Positions 53,156 through 64,000 of a stretch of 64,000 nt of DNA are shown here, piece by piece; position 1 is the stretch's first letter; every line of letters begins with the position of its first letter. Below the pieces are notes generated by a model, which was given only the letters and a program-made list of their open reading frames with translations, did not search any database and was not told the origin of the DNA. The stretch comes from Octopus vulgaris (lineage: Eukaryota). The stretch lies in NCBI GenBank assembly GCA_951406725.2, contig OX597823.1, positions 39,184,001 through 39,248,000 of the forward strand, written 5' to 3'. Both the position numbers and the translations under genes were made by a program.

Positions 53156-53673
53156 CACACACACACACACACATAACATATATATATATATATATATACA
53201 CATATATTTATATGTTTATAGTATATATATATATACAAATACATATATATATATATATATAAATATATATATATATTTATATAAATACACACACATAAAC
53301 ACACACACACACACACACACAATATATATATATATATAGATGTATATACACACCTGCTTGTTGTTCCTACACCTTTTTTTGTGTTTTGTTTTCTGTAAAT
53401 TTAACCGTATACATACATATATACATAAACATACAATTACACACACACACACACACACACATACACAGACAGACACGCACACATTTCCATATTAGTATGT
53501 GTGTGCACATGTGTATTTAGAGCAGTTTAAAAAAAGACTGGATTTTGTTGTCCCATGTTATGTTCCTGTTAAGTCCCATAACATAATAATCTGACGATTA
53601 ATGCTAAGCAAAAAAGAGAAGCAGAAACAAGAAATGGGTGTTGTAATGGTCATGGCTGTGACCTACTCACATA

Positions 53674-54190
53674 TCTATATATATAAAACTGTAGTTGTGT
53701 GAGTGTCTGTCTCCTACGATTTAGATTCCTAACTCCTCCCACATTTTGCGGTGCAGTTTAACCAAATTCGGGTATCTTATAGTCGTGATTCCTATCGAGC
53801 CCGTCTGGCTATTAGCGCGCGTCTACGATGAGTCTATGATTTAGAAAATAATTTAACATCATTTTTTATTCCATTTTAATGCATAATTTTTCGTGTGTTG
53901 ATGGCGACGGAGTTGGCGTCCACGCTCAAACACCTGCACCTGTGTTTGCTTCTCCCCCTTCTTCCCTCCCTCGTGAAGCTGTGGGGAAGGGAGTGTAAGG
54001 AAATCAACGTCGTAATGCGTTGTCAAGGAGACCAGCGTTCTTTTAGAACAACGACTTCATGGCTTGAAGACACCAAAACAGAAATGGCTAAGAAAGCCCG
54101 AATTGGCATCTATAAGGGAAGTAACTCTCTAAAAATGCTTATATAGTTATTTCCCTTACAAACCCGAGCAACGCCGGGCGATACTGCTAG
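53674..54190 (+). mobile_element. Non-autonomous Helitron
   Basis: Inserted between A and T. 5' TCTATATATATAAAA, subterminal hairpin CCCGAGCAACGCCGGG, 3' CTAG at 54187-54190. Confidence 0.85.
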
Positions 54191-54290
54191 TATGAATATA
54201 ATTTATGAAGCAGACTTAAAGAGCCACTGTTGGAAACATAATTCTTTGAATAGTCAGTGAGGGTCTTTCTCGGATGGGAATGGACAACCT

Positions 54291-54323
<33 letters not shown>

Positions 54324-57039
54324 TGCACATACATACACACATGCACGCACACACCAGACATAAAAATGTCAAACAATGAACAAGCTATCATGAAAATTTA
54401 TATGAGAAGTTAACAATTGATGTATGTATTTCTTTTTTGTCTAGTAGCAAGTAGGAGAGCCAGTATTAATAGCATTTGTCTTACAGGTGGTAGTGGTTGG
54501 GGTACTAGTGATTATGGTGGTGGTGGTGGTGGTGGTTGTAGTGGTGATGGGTTGGTTGTGGAGGTGATAGTAGTATTGGTTGTAAAGGTGATAGTGGTGA
54601 TTGTAGTGGTGGTGGTGGTTGTAATGGAGAGGAAATGGTGATTGTCATTACAGTTAGACAGACTTAATAATAGAAGATCATTAATACTAAATATCGTGTT
54701 TTAAGAAGGCAGCAAAATACCTTTACTGTGATTGGATAAGGTAAATCAACTTTCAACCAATCTGGATTTCATTAGAACACACACACACACACACTCACAA
54801 CCTTTAACATTTCTAGATTCTCTCTTTCAGGATGACCCACAGTAAAAACTCAGAGAAAGAATAAAGAATAAATGACAAAAAGCAAGGGTAGCGGGAGATT
54901 GTATTAAGCGTATTAGGCACAGATGTAGCTGTGTGGTTAAGAACTTTCCTGTCCAACCACATGGCTTTGGGTTTCGTCCCACTGTATGAAAATTTGGCAT
55001 CTTCAATTATAACCCCCAAGTCAACCAATGTCATGTGACTAGATTTATGCAATGGAAACTGAAAGAAGTCTGTTGTGTGTTGTATGTATGCATGTATGCA
55101 TGCACGTACGTATGTATGTACGCATGCATATATGTATGTACATATGTATGTATATCTATCTATCTCTCTCTATAAATATATAAATATATATATATATAAT
55201 GTATATTGAGAGACCCCCTTTAGTCAGACACTGACAATGGGCTTGCACCTAGAAAGTTACCCTCTGAGGCACAAGTCCGGGTGAGGTTGTTTATGGAAGA
55301 CCAGAAGTTGCCCATGCATACCAGCCTCCCCTCTCCACGCCACAAGTGTTATCCAAGGGTAAGGTATATGCCGATACAGCTTGGCACCTGTGACATCGCA
55401 ACTCATTTCTACAGCTGAGTGAACTGGAGCAACGTGAAATAAAGTGTCTTGCTCAAGAACACAATACGCAGCCCGGTCCGGGATTCGAGTTCACAACCTC
55501 ATGATCGTAAGCTCAACGCTCTAACCACTGAGCCATGTGCCTTTACATATAATGTGTGTATATATATATATATATATATGTATTCATGTATGGCTATTCT
55601 AGGAACAGTTGTAAGAGACTCTATATGTCTATATTTTCAGTCTAAAGTAAATGTTTTCTTTTTCAAGAGATACCAAATGTTTTGCATTTTCACTTTTATT
55701 TTAATCCATATGTGTGTACATGTGTGTGTGTGTGTGTGCGAGCACATGTGAGACAGTGTATGTCTGGGTTGCCTTATCTTGACATAGTTGTAAATGAATG
55801 TCACTGTCATACAAGCAGTGTCATATATTTCCAATATTCTGTGGAAACACATCTAGCCATATAGAAGAAATGCCATCTTACTTGGAAACAGGTGGGGGTT
55901 GGTGACAAGAAGGGCATCAAAACATAAAATATCTGCCTCAATAAACCTTGCCCTGACCCATGCAAGAATAGGTAAGTTGATGTTCAATTGACAATGATGA
56001 TTAAGCTACGAGTGTATATCTATCTGTTTTCTGAATCACCAAATACTTTACTTTTACAATAACAACACCTAAACATCCACTTTTAATTGCTTCAACTGAT
56101 CTGAAAAGTTTTTGCCTGTTTTTCTTTAAGTAATCGGTAAAACTAATTACAGGTATTTTCAGACTTGCCACTCACAAGACAGGATACTGCTGCTAACATT
56201 TGAATGCTTGTTTTCTATTTTAAGTGTATATTTTATTTTGGTTGTATTTTAATTATTTTACTTTGTATTTTTATTTACTTTTTGTTCTGTATCAGTCAAT
56301 CCGTCCACTAGAATGGTATTTCAAAAACTCCCTCCCTTCTCTGTATTCTTCCGTTTTTTACCCTTCCACCTGCCTATCAGTAGTTGATAATACATGTTGA
56401 TTGTGAGAGAGAATGAAATAAGCACAAAATCTCTAAAATGGCATTTTAATCCCCCGTTTATCTGACAATTACCATTCCTTAGTATATTGACTTCATACAT
56501 TATGATAGATGCAAGAATGAAGTTTTAGGTTGTCCCACAGTATGGCACCTTGGGTAACTAACTGCCTTCTACTATAACTCCAGACTGACCAAAGTTTTGT
56601 GAGTGGTTTTGATAGAGGGAAACTGAAAGTTTGTCATTTGTGTATATGTATATATATCTTTTACCCGTTTCAGTCATTACACTGTGGCCATGCTGGAGCA
56701 CTGCCTTGAAGAATTTTAATCAAATGAATCAACACCAGTATTCTTATTCTATCAGTCTCTTTTGCTGAACCACTAAGTTATGAGGATGTAAATACACCAA
56801 CAAGTGGTTGTCAAGTGATGGTGAGGGACAAACACATACACATGACAGGTTTCTGTCAGTTTCTATCTACCAAATCCACTCACAAAGCTTTGGTCAGCCC
56901 AAGACTGTAGCAGAAGACACTTGCCCAAGGTGCCAAGCAATGGGTGTGAACCCAGAACCATGTGGTTAGAAATCAAACTTCTTACCACACAGCCACACCT
57001 GCACCTGTATATAGGGCTGAAACATATAAAGGAATAAAA

Positions 57040-57084
<45 letters not shown>

Positions 57085-58003
57085 TACATGTATACACACA
57101 CATGAATATATGTGTATGAATATATTTGTATGAATATATTTGTAAAGACATTCTTATAAAGTAGAAACATGGCTGTGGATACATCATTCAATACACACAG
57201 ACATGAGATATTTAAATTAACCTGTGACTTTCAGATGAGAGAGCCTCTACCTGGTCATATGACTTGCTAAAAGTAGTGGCCAAATCTCCCTCATATCGTG
57301 TCCTATTCTCTTAGCCACAGGAAAATGGTTGATGATATTGGCTACCAGGGTTTGTTGTACACATTAAAAAAAGTGTGATCTCTATCGCTGGAAAGGCTAG
57401 CCATTGACTTACTTGAGCAGGCCTGACCTAAGATTAAACAACAAGTCTGTGATGTCATAACAATTTCACAGGCATTCTGGAACAATAAACCTCCATATTC
57501 TGAATTGTTCTCTTGGGATTAACAGAACAAAGAATACCACCCATGCCCAGAGTTTTAGATAAAAATCAAAACTACAGATTTAGTTCCTTGTTTATTCAAA
57601 GTATTATAATGGTTCGGTCAAAGGCACAAACTGCAATCAAAACAGCCCACATAGCTGTCACCACACATACACACTTTGTTGATACAGACAGCTCCACCTT
57701 AGACTTAATTATATACTTGAACCTCAATGTTCCATGTAGTCAGGTTTACATAGTCATATATATATATATATATATATATAAAATACATATGACTAACAAG
57801 CACACAACAAGGCATAGATATTGGTCATTACATATCTCTTTATTGTAGTAAATTTGACTTACATCTGTTTCCAGTAGTCATTATAGGTTCATTATTGATT
57901 GGGTTACTCAACTAGTCTACTGATCAGTTGAGAAAAATTGAAAGACCATGAGAATTAATGCTACTTTCATCAGTCATTTCTGGTTTTATATATATATATA
58001 TAT

Positions 58004-59589
58004 GGTGTGGAAGGAGGGTTTAGAATCGAGGGGCCTTAGAGTCAACCTAGCTAAAACCAAAGTACTAATAAGTAGGAAGGTAGACAATCCACAAATGTCT
58101 TCAGGAAGATGGCCCTGCTCGATCTGTAGAAAAGGTGTAGGTAGAAACTCTATAAGATGTACCCAGTGTAAGCTATGGACACCTAAGAGGTGCAGCAATG
58201 TCAAAGGTAGGCTAACTGGGAAGATAGTTTTTGTATGTGGCAGATGCTCAGGAGCATTAACCTCCGAAAATCTGCAGAAAATAACTTCAGTCACTTTCCA
58301 AGGGGAAAAACTAGAAGTAGTTGATAGCTTCCGTTATCTAGGTGACCAAGTCAGTAGTGGGGGTGGGTGCGCTGAAAGTGTAACTGCTAGAATAAGAATA
58401 GCCTGGGCAAAGTTTAGGGAGCTCTTACCTCTGCTGGTGACTAAAGGCCTCTCGCTCAGAGTAAAAGGCAGACTGTATGATGCGTGTGTACAAACAGCCA
58501 TGCTACATGGCAGTGAAACATGGGCCGTGACTGCCGAGGACATGCGTAAGCTCGTGAGGAATGAAGCCAGTATGCTCCGATGGATGTGTAATGTCAGTGT
58601 ACATACTCGACAGAGCGTTAGAGAAATGTTGTACCTAAGAGGCATCAGTTGTGGTGTGCAAGAGAGACGATTGCGCTGGTATGGTCATGTGGCGAGAATG
58701 GATGAAGATAGGTGTGTGAGAAAGTGCCAATCCTTAGCAGTTGAGGGAACCCGTGGAAGAGGTAGACCCAGGAAAACCTGGGACGAGGTGGTGAAGCACG
58801 ACCTTCGAACTTTAGGCCTCACTGAGGAAATGACCAGCGACCGAGACCTTTGGAAATATTCTGTACGTGAGAAGACCAGGCAGGACAAGTGAGCCCAGCC
58901 CACTTATGAATGCCTTTCCTCCCTTGGACACAAAGACCTGTTGGGGAAAGCGAAGTCGATATAGAACCTCATCCGACGACAGGCACCCATGCCAACCCCC
59001 TTTGCTTGCGAAGACATGTTGGGGCAAGCGAAATCGAAATCGAAGTCAAAATCGAATTGAACCAGCCAGGATCCCTGGTCTGGTGGTACGTAAAAAGCAC
59101 TATCCGACTTGTGGCCGATGCCAGCGCCGCCTCCACTGGCTTCTGTGCCGGTGGCACGTAAAATACACCAATCTGACCGTACGACAGGCACCCATGCCAA
59201 CCCCCTTGCTTGCGAAGACATGTTGGGGCAATCGAAATCGAATTGAACCAGCCAGGATCCCTGGTCTGGTGGTACGTAAAAAGCACCATCCGACTCATGG
59301 CCGATGCCAGCACCGCCTCGTCTGGCTTCCGTGCCGGTGGCACATAAAATACACCAATCCGACCGTGGCCGTTGCCAGCCTCGCCTGGCACCTGTGCAGG
59401 TGGCACGTAAAAAGCACCCACTACACTCACGGAGTGGTTGGCGTTAGGAAGGGCATCCAGCTGTAGAAACACTGCCAGATAAGACTGGAGCCTGGTGCAG
59501 CCTTCTGGCTTCCCAGATCCCCGGTCGAACCGTCCAACCCATGCTAGCATGGAGAACGGACGTTAAACGATGATGATGATGATGATGAT
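58004..59589 (+). mobile_element. 5'-truncated RTE-clade LINE (RT C-terminus, 3' UTR, (GAT)n tail)
   Basis: WKEGLESRGLRVNLAKTKV..LEVVDSFRYLGD..ARIRIAWAKF..KGRLYDACV..MLHGSETW..RRLRWYGHVARM..RGRGRPRKTW. Stop at 58890-58892. The tail is shared with several short copies in the window. Confidence 0.92.
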
Positions 59590-60667
59590 ATATATGAACC
59601 ATAAAACTCAGGAGGCATGAATATATTTATTTAACAGTATGTCATCCTTAGAGTTATGATTGTTTTGCACTCTTCATCGTGTAATAATAATTTCAGTGTC
59701 TAATAAATTATTTTACATGTCTTCACTAATATGTATGTTAAGCATTGTATATTTACAAATCAGTGCAGGTAAAGAAAGCTAGCTCATCAGATCACCAGAA
59801 TGTCATGGTGACACCAAAGCTTAAATTGTATATGTAAAGGGTAAAGATCTCCTTTGGTCATGAATGACCATGGGATTGCACCTAGAAAGTTCTCCTCTAA
59901 GGCATACATCCGGGCAAGGTTATTTATAGAAGATCAGTAGTTGTCCATGCATACCAGCCTCCTGTCTCCACAGATGAAGGGAAAGGCAACAACTGAGGCA
60001 GTGCTTGGCCCCAGTAACATCACAACCCATTTCTACAGATGAATGAACTGGAGTAATGTGCAATAAATTGTCTTGCTTAAAAACACAACACAGAAGCCTG
60101 GTCTGAGAATCGAACTCACTACCTCCTGATTGTAAGCCTAACACTTTAACCACTGAGCCATGTGCCATGTACATCCATTACACTCTTGGAGTGGTTGGTG
60201 TTAGGAAGGGCATCCAGCCATAGAAACCATGCCAAATCAGACTGGAACTTGGTGCAGCTCTCTGGCTTACCAGTTTCAGTCAAACTGTCTCACCCATGCC
60301 AGCATGGAAAGCAGATGCTAATCGATAGTGATGATGATGATAATATATACACATTCATACATAGACACAAATGCAGATATACACATACATATGCAAATAT
60401 ATTCACACACACTCATATACACATATATATATATGCAGAAGCTGGTGCAGTGATGTTTCTATCCCAAGTCATTATCAAGTGCCATTTGATGATGGACAAA
60501 GATCAAAATGATTCTTGTCCCAGCTTTAAAATGAAATAATATAAAATTCTACAATTGTATCATGTAGTTAGATTCGAAAATAGTCACTTCAAATGAATCA
60601 AGTACAACAGAGATATTATATACATACACACACACACATCTATATATATATATATATATATATATAT

Positions 60668-60926
60668 GAACTTAGATAAAAACTTAGATAAACTTAGATA
60701 TGTTTCGACCAAAGATTGGTCCAGGCCATGTCTAACTTAATAGCACCACCTGATAGGATTATTTGAATCCTGTTTAAGTCAAGTTTTGTTTATGGTCCAT
60801 TCAAGTAGTGAGTTCTTGTTGGGTGAGTTGTATCCAATTATGGGTGGCTTATCTGGTATTCTTTGAAGGAATCTATCCAGACTCCGTTTAAAGTTGATGG
60901 GATCCTTTTCCTCTTTGATCTCCCTC
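60668..60926 (-). mobile_element. 3' terminus of a CR1/L2-group LINE
   Basis: REIKEEKDPINFKRSLDRFLQRIPDKPPIIGYNSPNKNSLLEW*, then a short 3' UTR with a GACCAA-TCT-TTGGTC stem-loop and a (TATCTAAGTT)n tail. Confidence 0.75.
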
Positions 60927-62558
60927 GGAGAGAGAGAGAGACAGAGAGAGAAAGGAAAGGAGAGAGAAGAGAGAGATAATGTGATAACTGATATATAAAT
61001 ATCAAAGAATGAATACACAGTAATGAAGAGCTTAATTAATAACAGGTCATTTAACTCTAACTCCTTATTACATTGCAAAAATCTCTGGTTGGAACAAAAA
61101 TACAGAATCAGCTAAAATGATCTTGAAGAGCAACATATTTAGAATCAGAGCAGAAAAGCATGAATTTTGCACAGACATACCACACATACACACATGTATA
61201 GTGTATGCACTTAAATACACACACACACAATGAGAGAGAAAGAAAGAGAGAGAAAGAACGAGAGAGAGAGAGAGAGAGTGAGAGAAGGGGGATGGCAGAG
61301 AGTTTGTTTAGGGACCACTTATCTAATAGAAGACTGAATAAAATTAAACTAGACATGATGGAGAAAAGATTTGAAAAACAATCTAACAAAACAGAAAACA
61401 AAAATAAATATATAACTAAAAGTCCACTGCAAATTGATCCAATGACTGACAACAAAAATGCTATTGTTATCTGGTGATGGTGGTAATGGTGGCGGTCATA
61501 ATGATGGTAAGGATGATGGTGACAACAACAATAATGATGATGATGATGATGGTGGTGGTGATGATGATGGCAGCAGCAGCAACAATAGTGCCGACGACAA
61601 TGATTATAATGACAATGGAAATGATGAAATGATGTTGATGACAATAATGATTATATATATGACTAACAGGAACAAAGTGTTAGTGTCATATATTAACACT
61701 ATGTGACATAATCTGCTGTAATCTGATATTGTCACCTTTCCTTGAATAAGTTCAAGTTTAGGAAATACTATCACTGTTTAGCCCCAGGTTACTTTTCAGC
61801 AAAAATATCTATAATTAAAAACCACTCCAGATCTAACCATCCAGTAAGATTACTTTTCTTGTTTTGTTTTTCAGGCACAAGTGTATCTAGAACTACATTA
61901 TTGAGTGTGTCCTTGTGGATTTTTCTAATTATCATTTTTTGTTTTTATAGTCGTTGGGTGTAAAAGAAGGAGCAGAACTCATGGCTTTTATAGGTCCTCC
62001 AAGATTGGTGAGATTGATGCCATTATTAACCTTCATCAACACCAACAGGGAATGACATGAGCAGGAAGGGGATTCCAGAGGGATGATGGTCTGGGAAAGA
62101 AGGATTGGGTGTAGTGGTTAGTGAGGAGCATGATAGGACTGGATACAACAATGAGAAGATAAAAGAGGGAATCAGGAATGTCTGGGTGGATGTGACATGC
62201 ATCCAACCAATTCAGAGGAGCATAGGCCATTATAGTAGTGGTAGAAAAGGTAAAGAGAAGGAGACAATGCAGTTGTGGGTCAGAGGCTGGCTGGAACATG
62301 TTGGTGACTGATTTAGGCCAGTCAGTTTCTGGATTTAGTAGACCTGTTCCTGATGTAAGAGCAATTACTCTATTGTGGTCCTCACCTAAACTTTATACAG
62401 TCGTACAGTGTCAATTGGTTGCTATATATATATATATATATATATGCATACATACACATATATATATATATACATATATATACATTTTCAAAGTGTAACC
62501 ACATGTGAATCGTTGGCAATTTTCTTCCTCCGACTTCTTTTCTACTGGATTTTGCTCT

Positions 62559-62593
62559 GTTTCTGAAGAAGAGCTTTGCTCAAAATGTTAAAC
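62559..62593 (+). ncRNA. Degenerate hammerhead motif (canonical CUGAAGA, G12A) in a solo pLTR
   Basis: GTTT CTGAAGA A GAGC-TTT-GCTC AAAA TG TT AAAC. Same architecture as the 42112 and 46671 copies. Confidence 0.62.
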
Positions 62594-62953
62594 CATCTTT
62601 CTTTCCTTCCCTGAGCGTCTGCTAATACTTTATATGTACCATGTGCTCGCTTTGTTGTTTTTTTGTACTTTTTCATCTTCTGTTTTTGGATTGACTATAT
62701 ATATATATATACATATAAGGGGTGAAATATAATTAATTTAATAAAATTAATAAATTTCACCATGTAGTTTTTTCGGTATGGAAATGACCATATTCGGTAA
62801 AGATTATATATAATTATAATAAAGGGTTATTTGCAACAAGTTGCTTAAACCACATACCGAAAATATTAGATTTCTAATATTTCGGTATATATATATGTAT
62901 ATATATATATACACACACACATATAAAATATATATATATAACACACAAAAAAA

Positions 62954-63011
<58 letters not shown>

Positions 63012-63048
63012 AAAAAAAAACACACATATATATATATATAAAAAAAAA

Positions 63049-63094
<46 letters not shown>

Positions 63095-63095
63095 A

Positions 63096-63149
<54 letters not shown>

Positions 63150-63911
63150 GTATGTGTGTGTCTTCGTGTCTGTTCCCCACCACTGCTGTTAGGCAAAAGA
63201 AAAGGGGAGCATAAAGTACCAGGCTTTAAAAAATACTTGAGGGCGGGGGGGCAATTCATTCAACTAAATTCTTCAAGGTAGTGCTCCAGCATGGCCACAT
63301 TCTAATGACGAAAGCAAGTAAAAGCTAAAAGATACCCAGTTTTATCCATAGGACTTGGGCTGCCCGGATGCAATAGACGAAAATACTAGTTCATTGAAAT
63401 TGAAACCAGAACCTCCTGAGTGCAAAGCAAACCTCTAAACCCTCTGGGCATGCCTTCACCTCACCCCTACATGACACAAAAGAATGGCAGAAATGGATGG
63501 TGTGTGACATTATATAAAAAGAAATAAAGTTTAATTTAATATAAATATTTTGACAGGAATTTTTAACATTGAAAATATATTCTGTCTTTCTCTTTTATGT
63601 TTTTGCTTAAAATTCTTGCCTACTGTCTCTATTTTCAACCTCAGAACCCATCTTCCTTCTCAATTTGGCATGATAGAAAATATTTTCGTTAATTCCAAAA
63701 GAGTAATGTGTCTCTTTTACACATTGTTAAGTTACTCCCAAATTCCAGCAGCAATAAAAATGATTCTTTAGATTAAGCTGCCTTATCTCAAGGGTGTACC
63801 AAAAAATAAATGGAGTTGGATATTTTCACACACACACAAAATGTGTGTTCATACATATATACATACATACATACATATATACATACATACATACATACAT
63901 ACATACATACA

Positions 63912-63975
<64 letters not shown>

Positions 63976-64000
63976 TACATACATACATACATATATATAT

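Noticed and set aside
60695-60740. Stem-loop followed by GAAAC on the minus strand
   Set aside because: No CUGANGA-like core; better explained as the 3' recognition stem-loop of the CR1/L2-type LINE end.
61108-61706. His-rich and Asp/Gly-rich ORFs
   Set aside because: Products of (GAT)n/(GGT)n trinucleotide low-complexity sequence; no domain or splice support.
62940-63120. Poly-A runs interleaved with CA/TA repeats
   Set aside because: Most likely base-calling or consensus error in microsatellites.

Overview
AT-rich, microsatellite- and SINE-dense animal genomic DNA. The repeat landscape suggests a coleoid cephalopod such as Octopus (inference, not checked). The one host gene is a minus-strand EGF receptor (EGFR/ErbB). 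I read 12 consecutive GT-AG exons between 36732 and 1153 (1910 nt, about 636 codons, one open frame) encoding the L1, CR1 and L2 domains and an extended cysteine-rich domain IV/V. The transmembrane and kinase exons lie off the left edge, and the signal-peptide exon was not confidently found. The introns hold two 5'-truncated Penelope-like elements (RT + GIY-YIG), an RTE LINE, CR1/L2-like and R4/Dong-like LINE ends, a mariner relic, MITEs, Helitron-like elements and at least three tRNA-derived SINE families. The most interesting signal lies outside the ORFs: about nine Penelope-type minimal hammerhead ribozyme motifs. They include an apparently intact A3-U8 compensatory core on the EGFR sense strand (4700-4744), a recurrent A6U core, one with an 85-nt stem II, one joined to a tRNA-like Pol III head, and one at an inversion breakpoint. 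No folding, alignment or database search was run; all structures were paired by eye.
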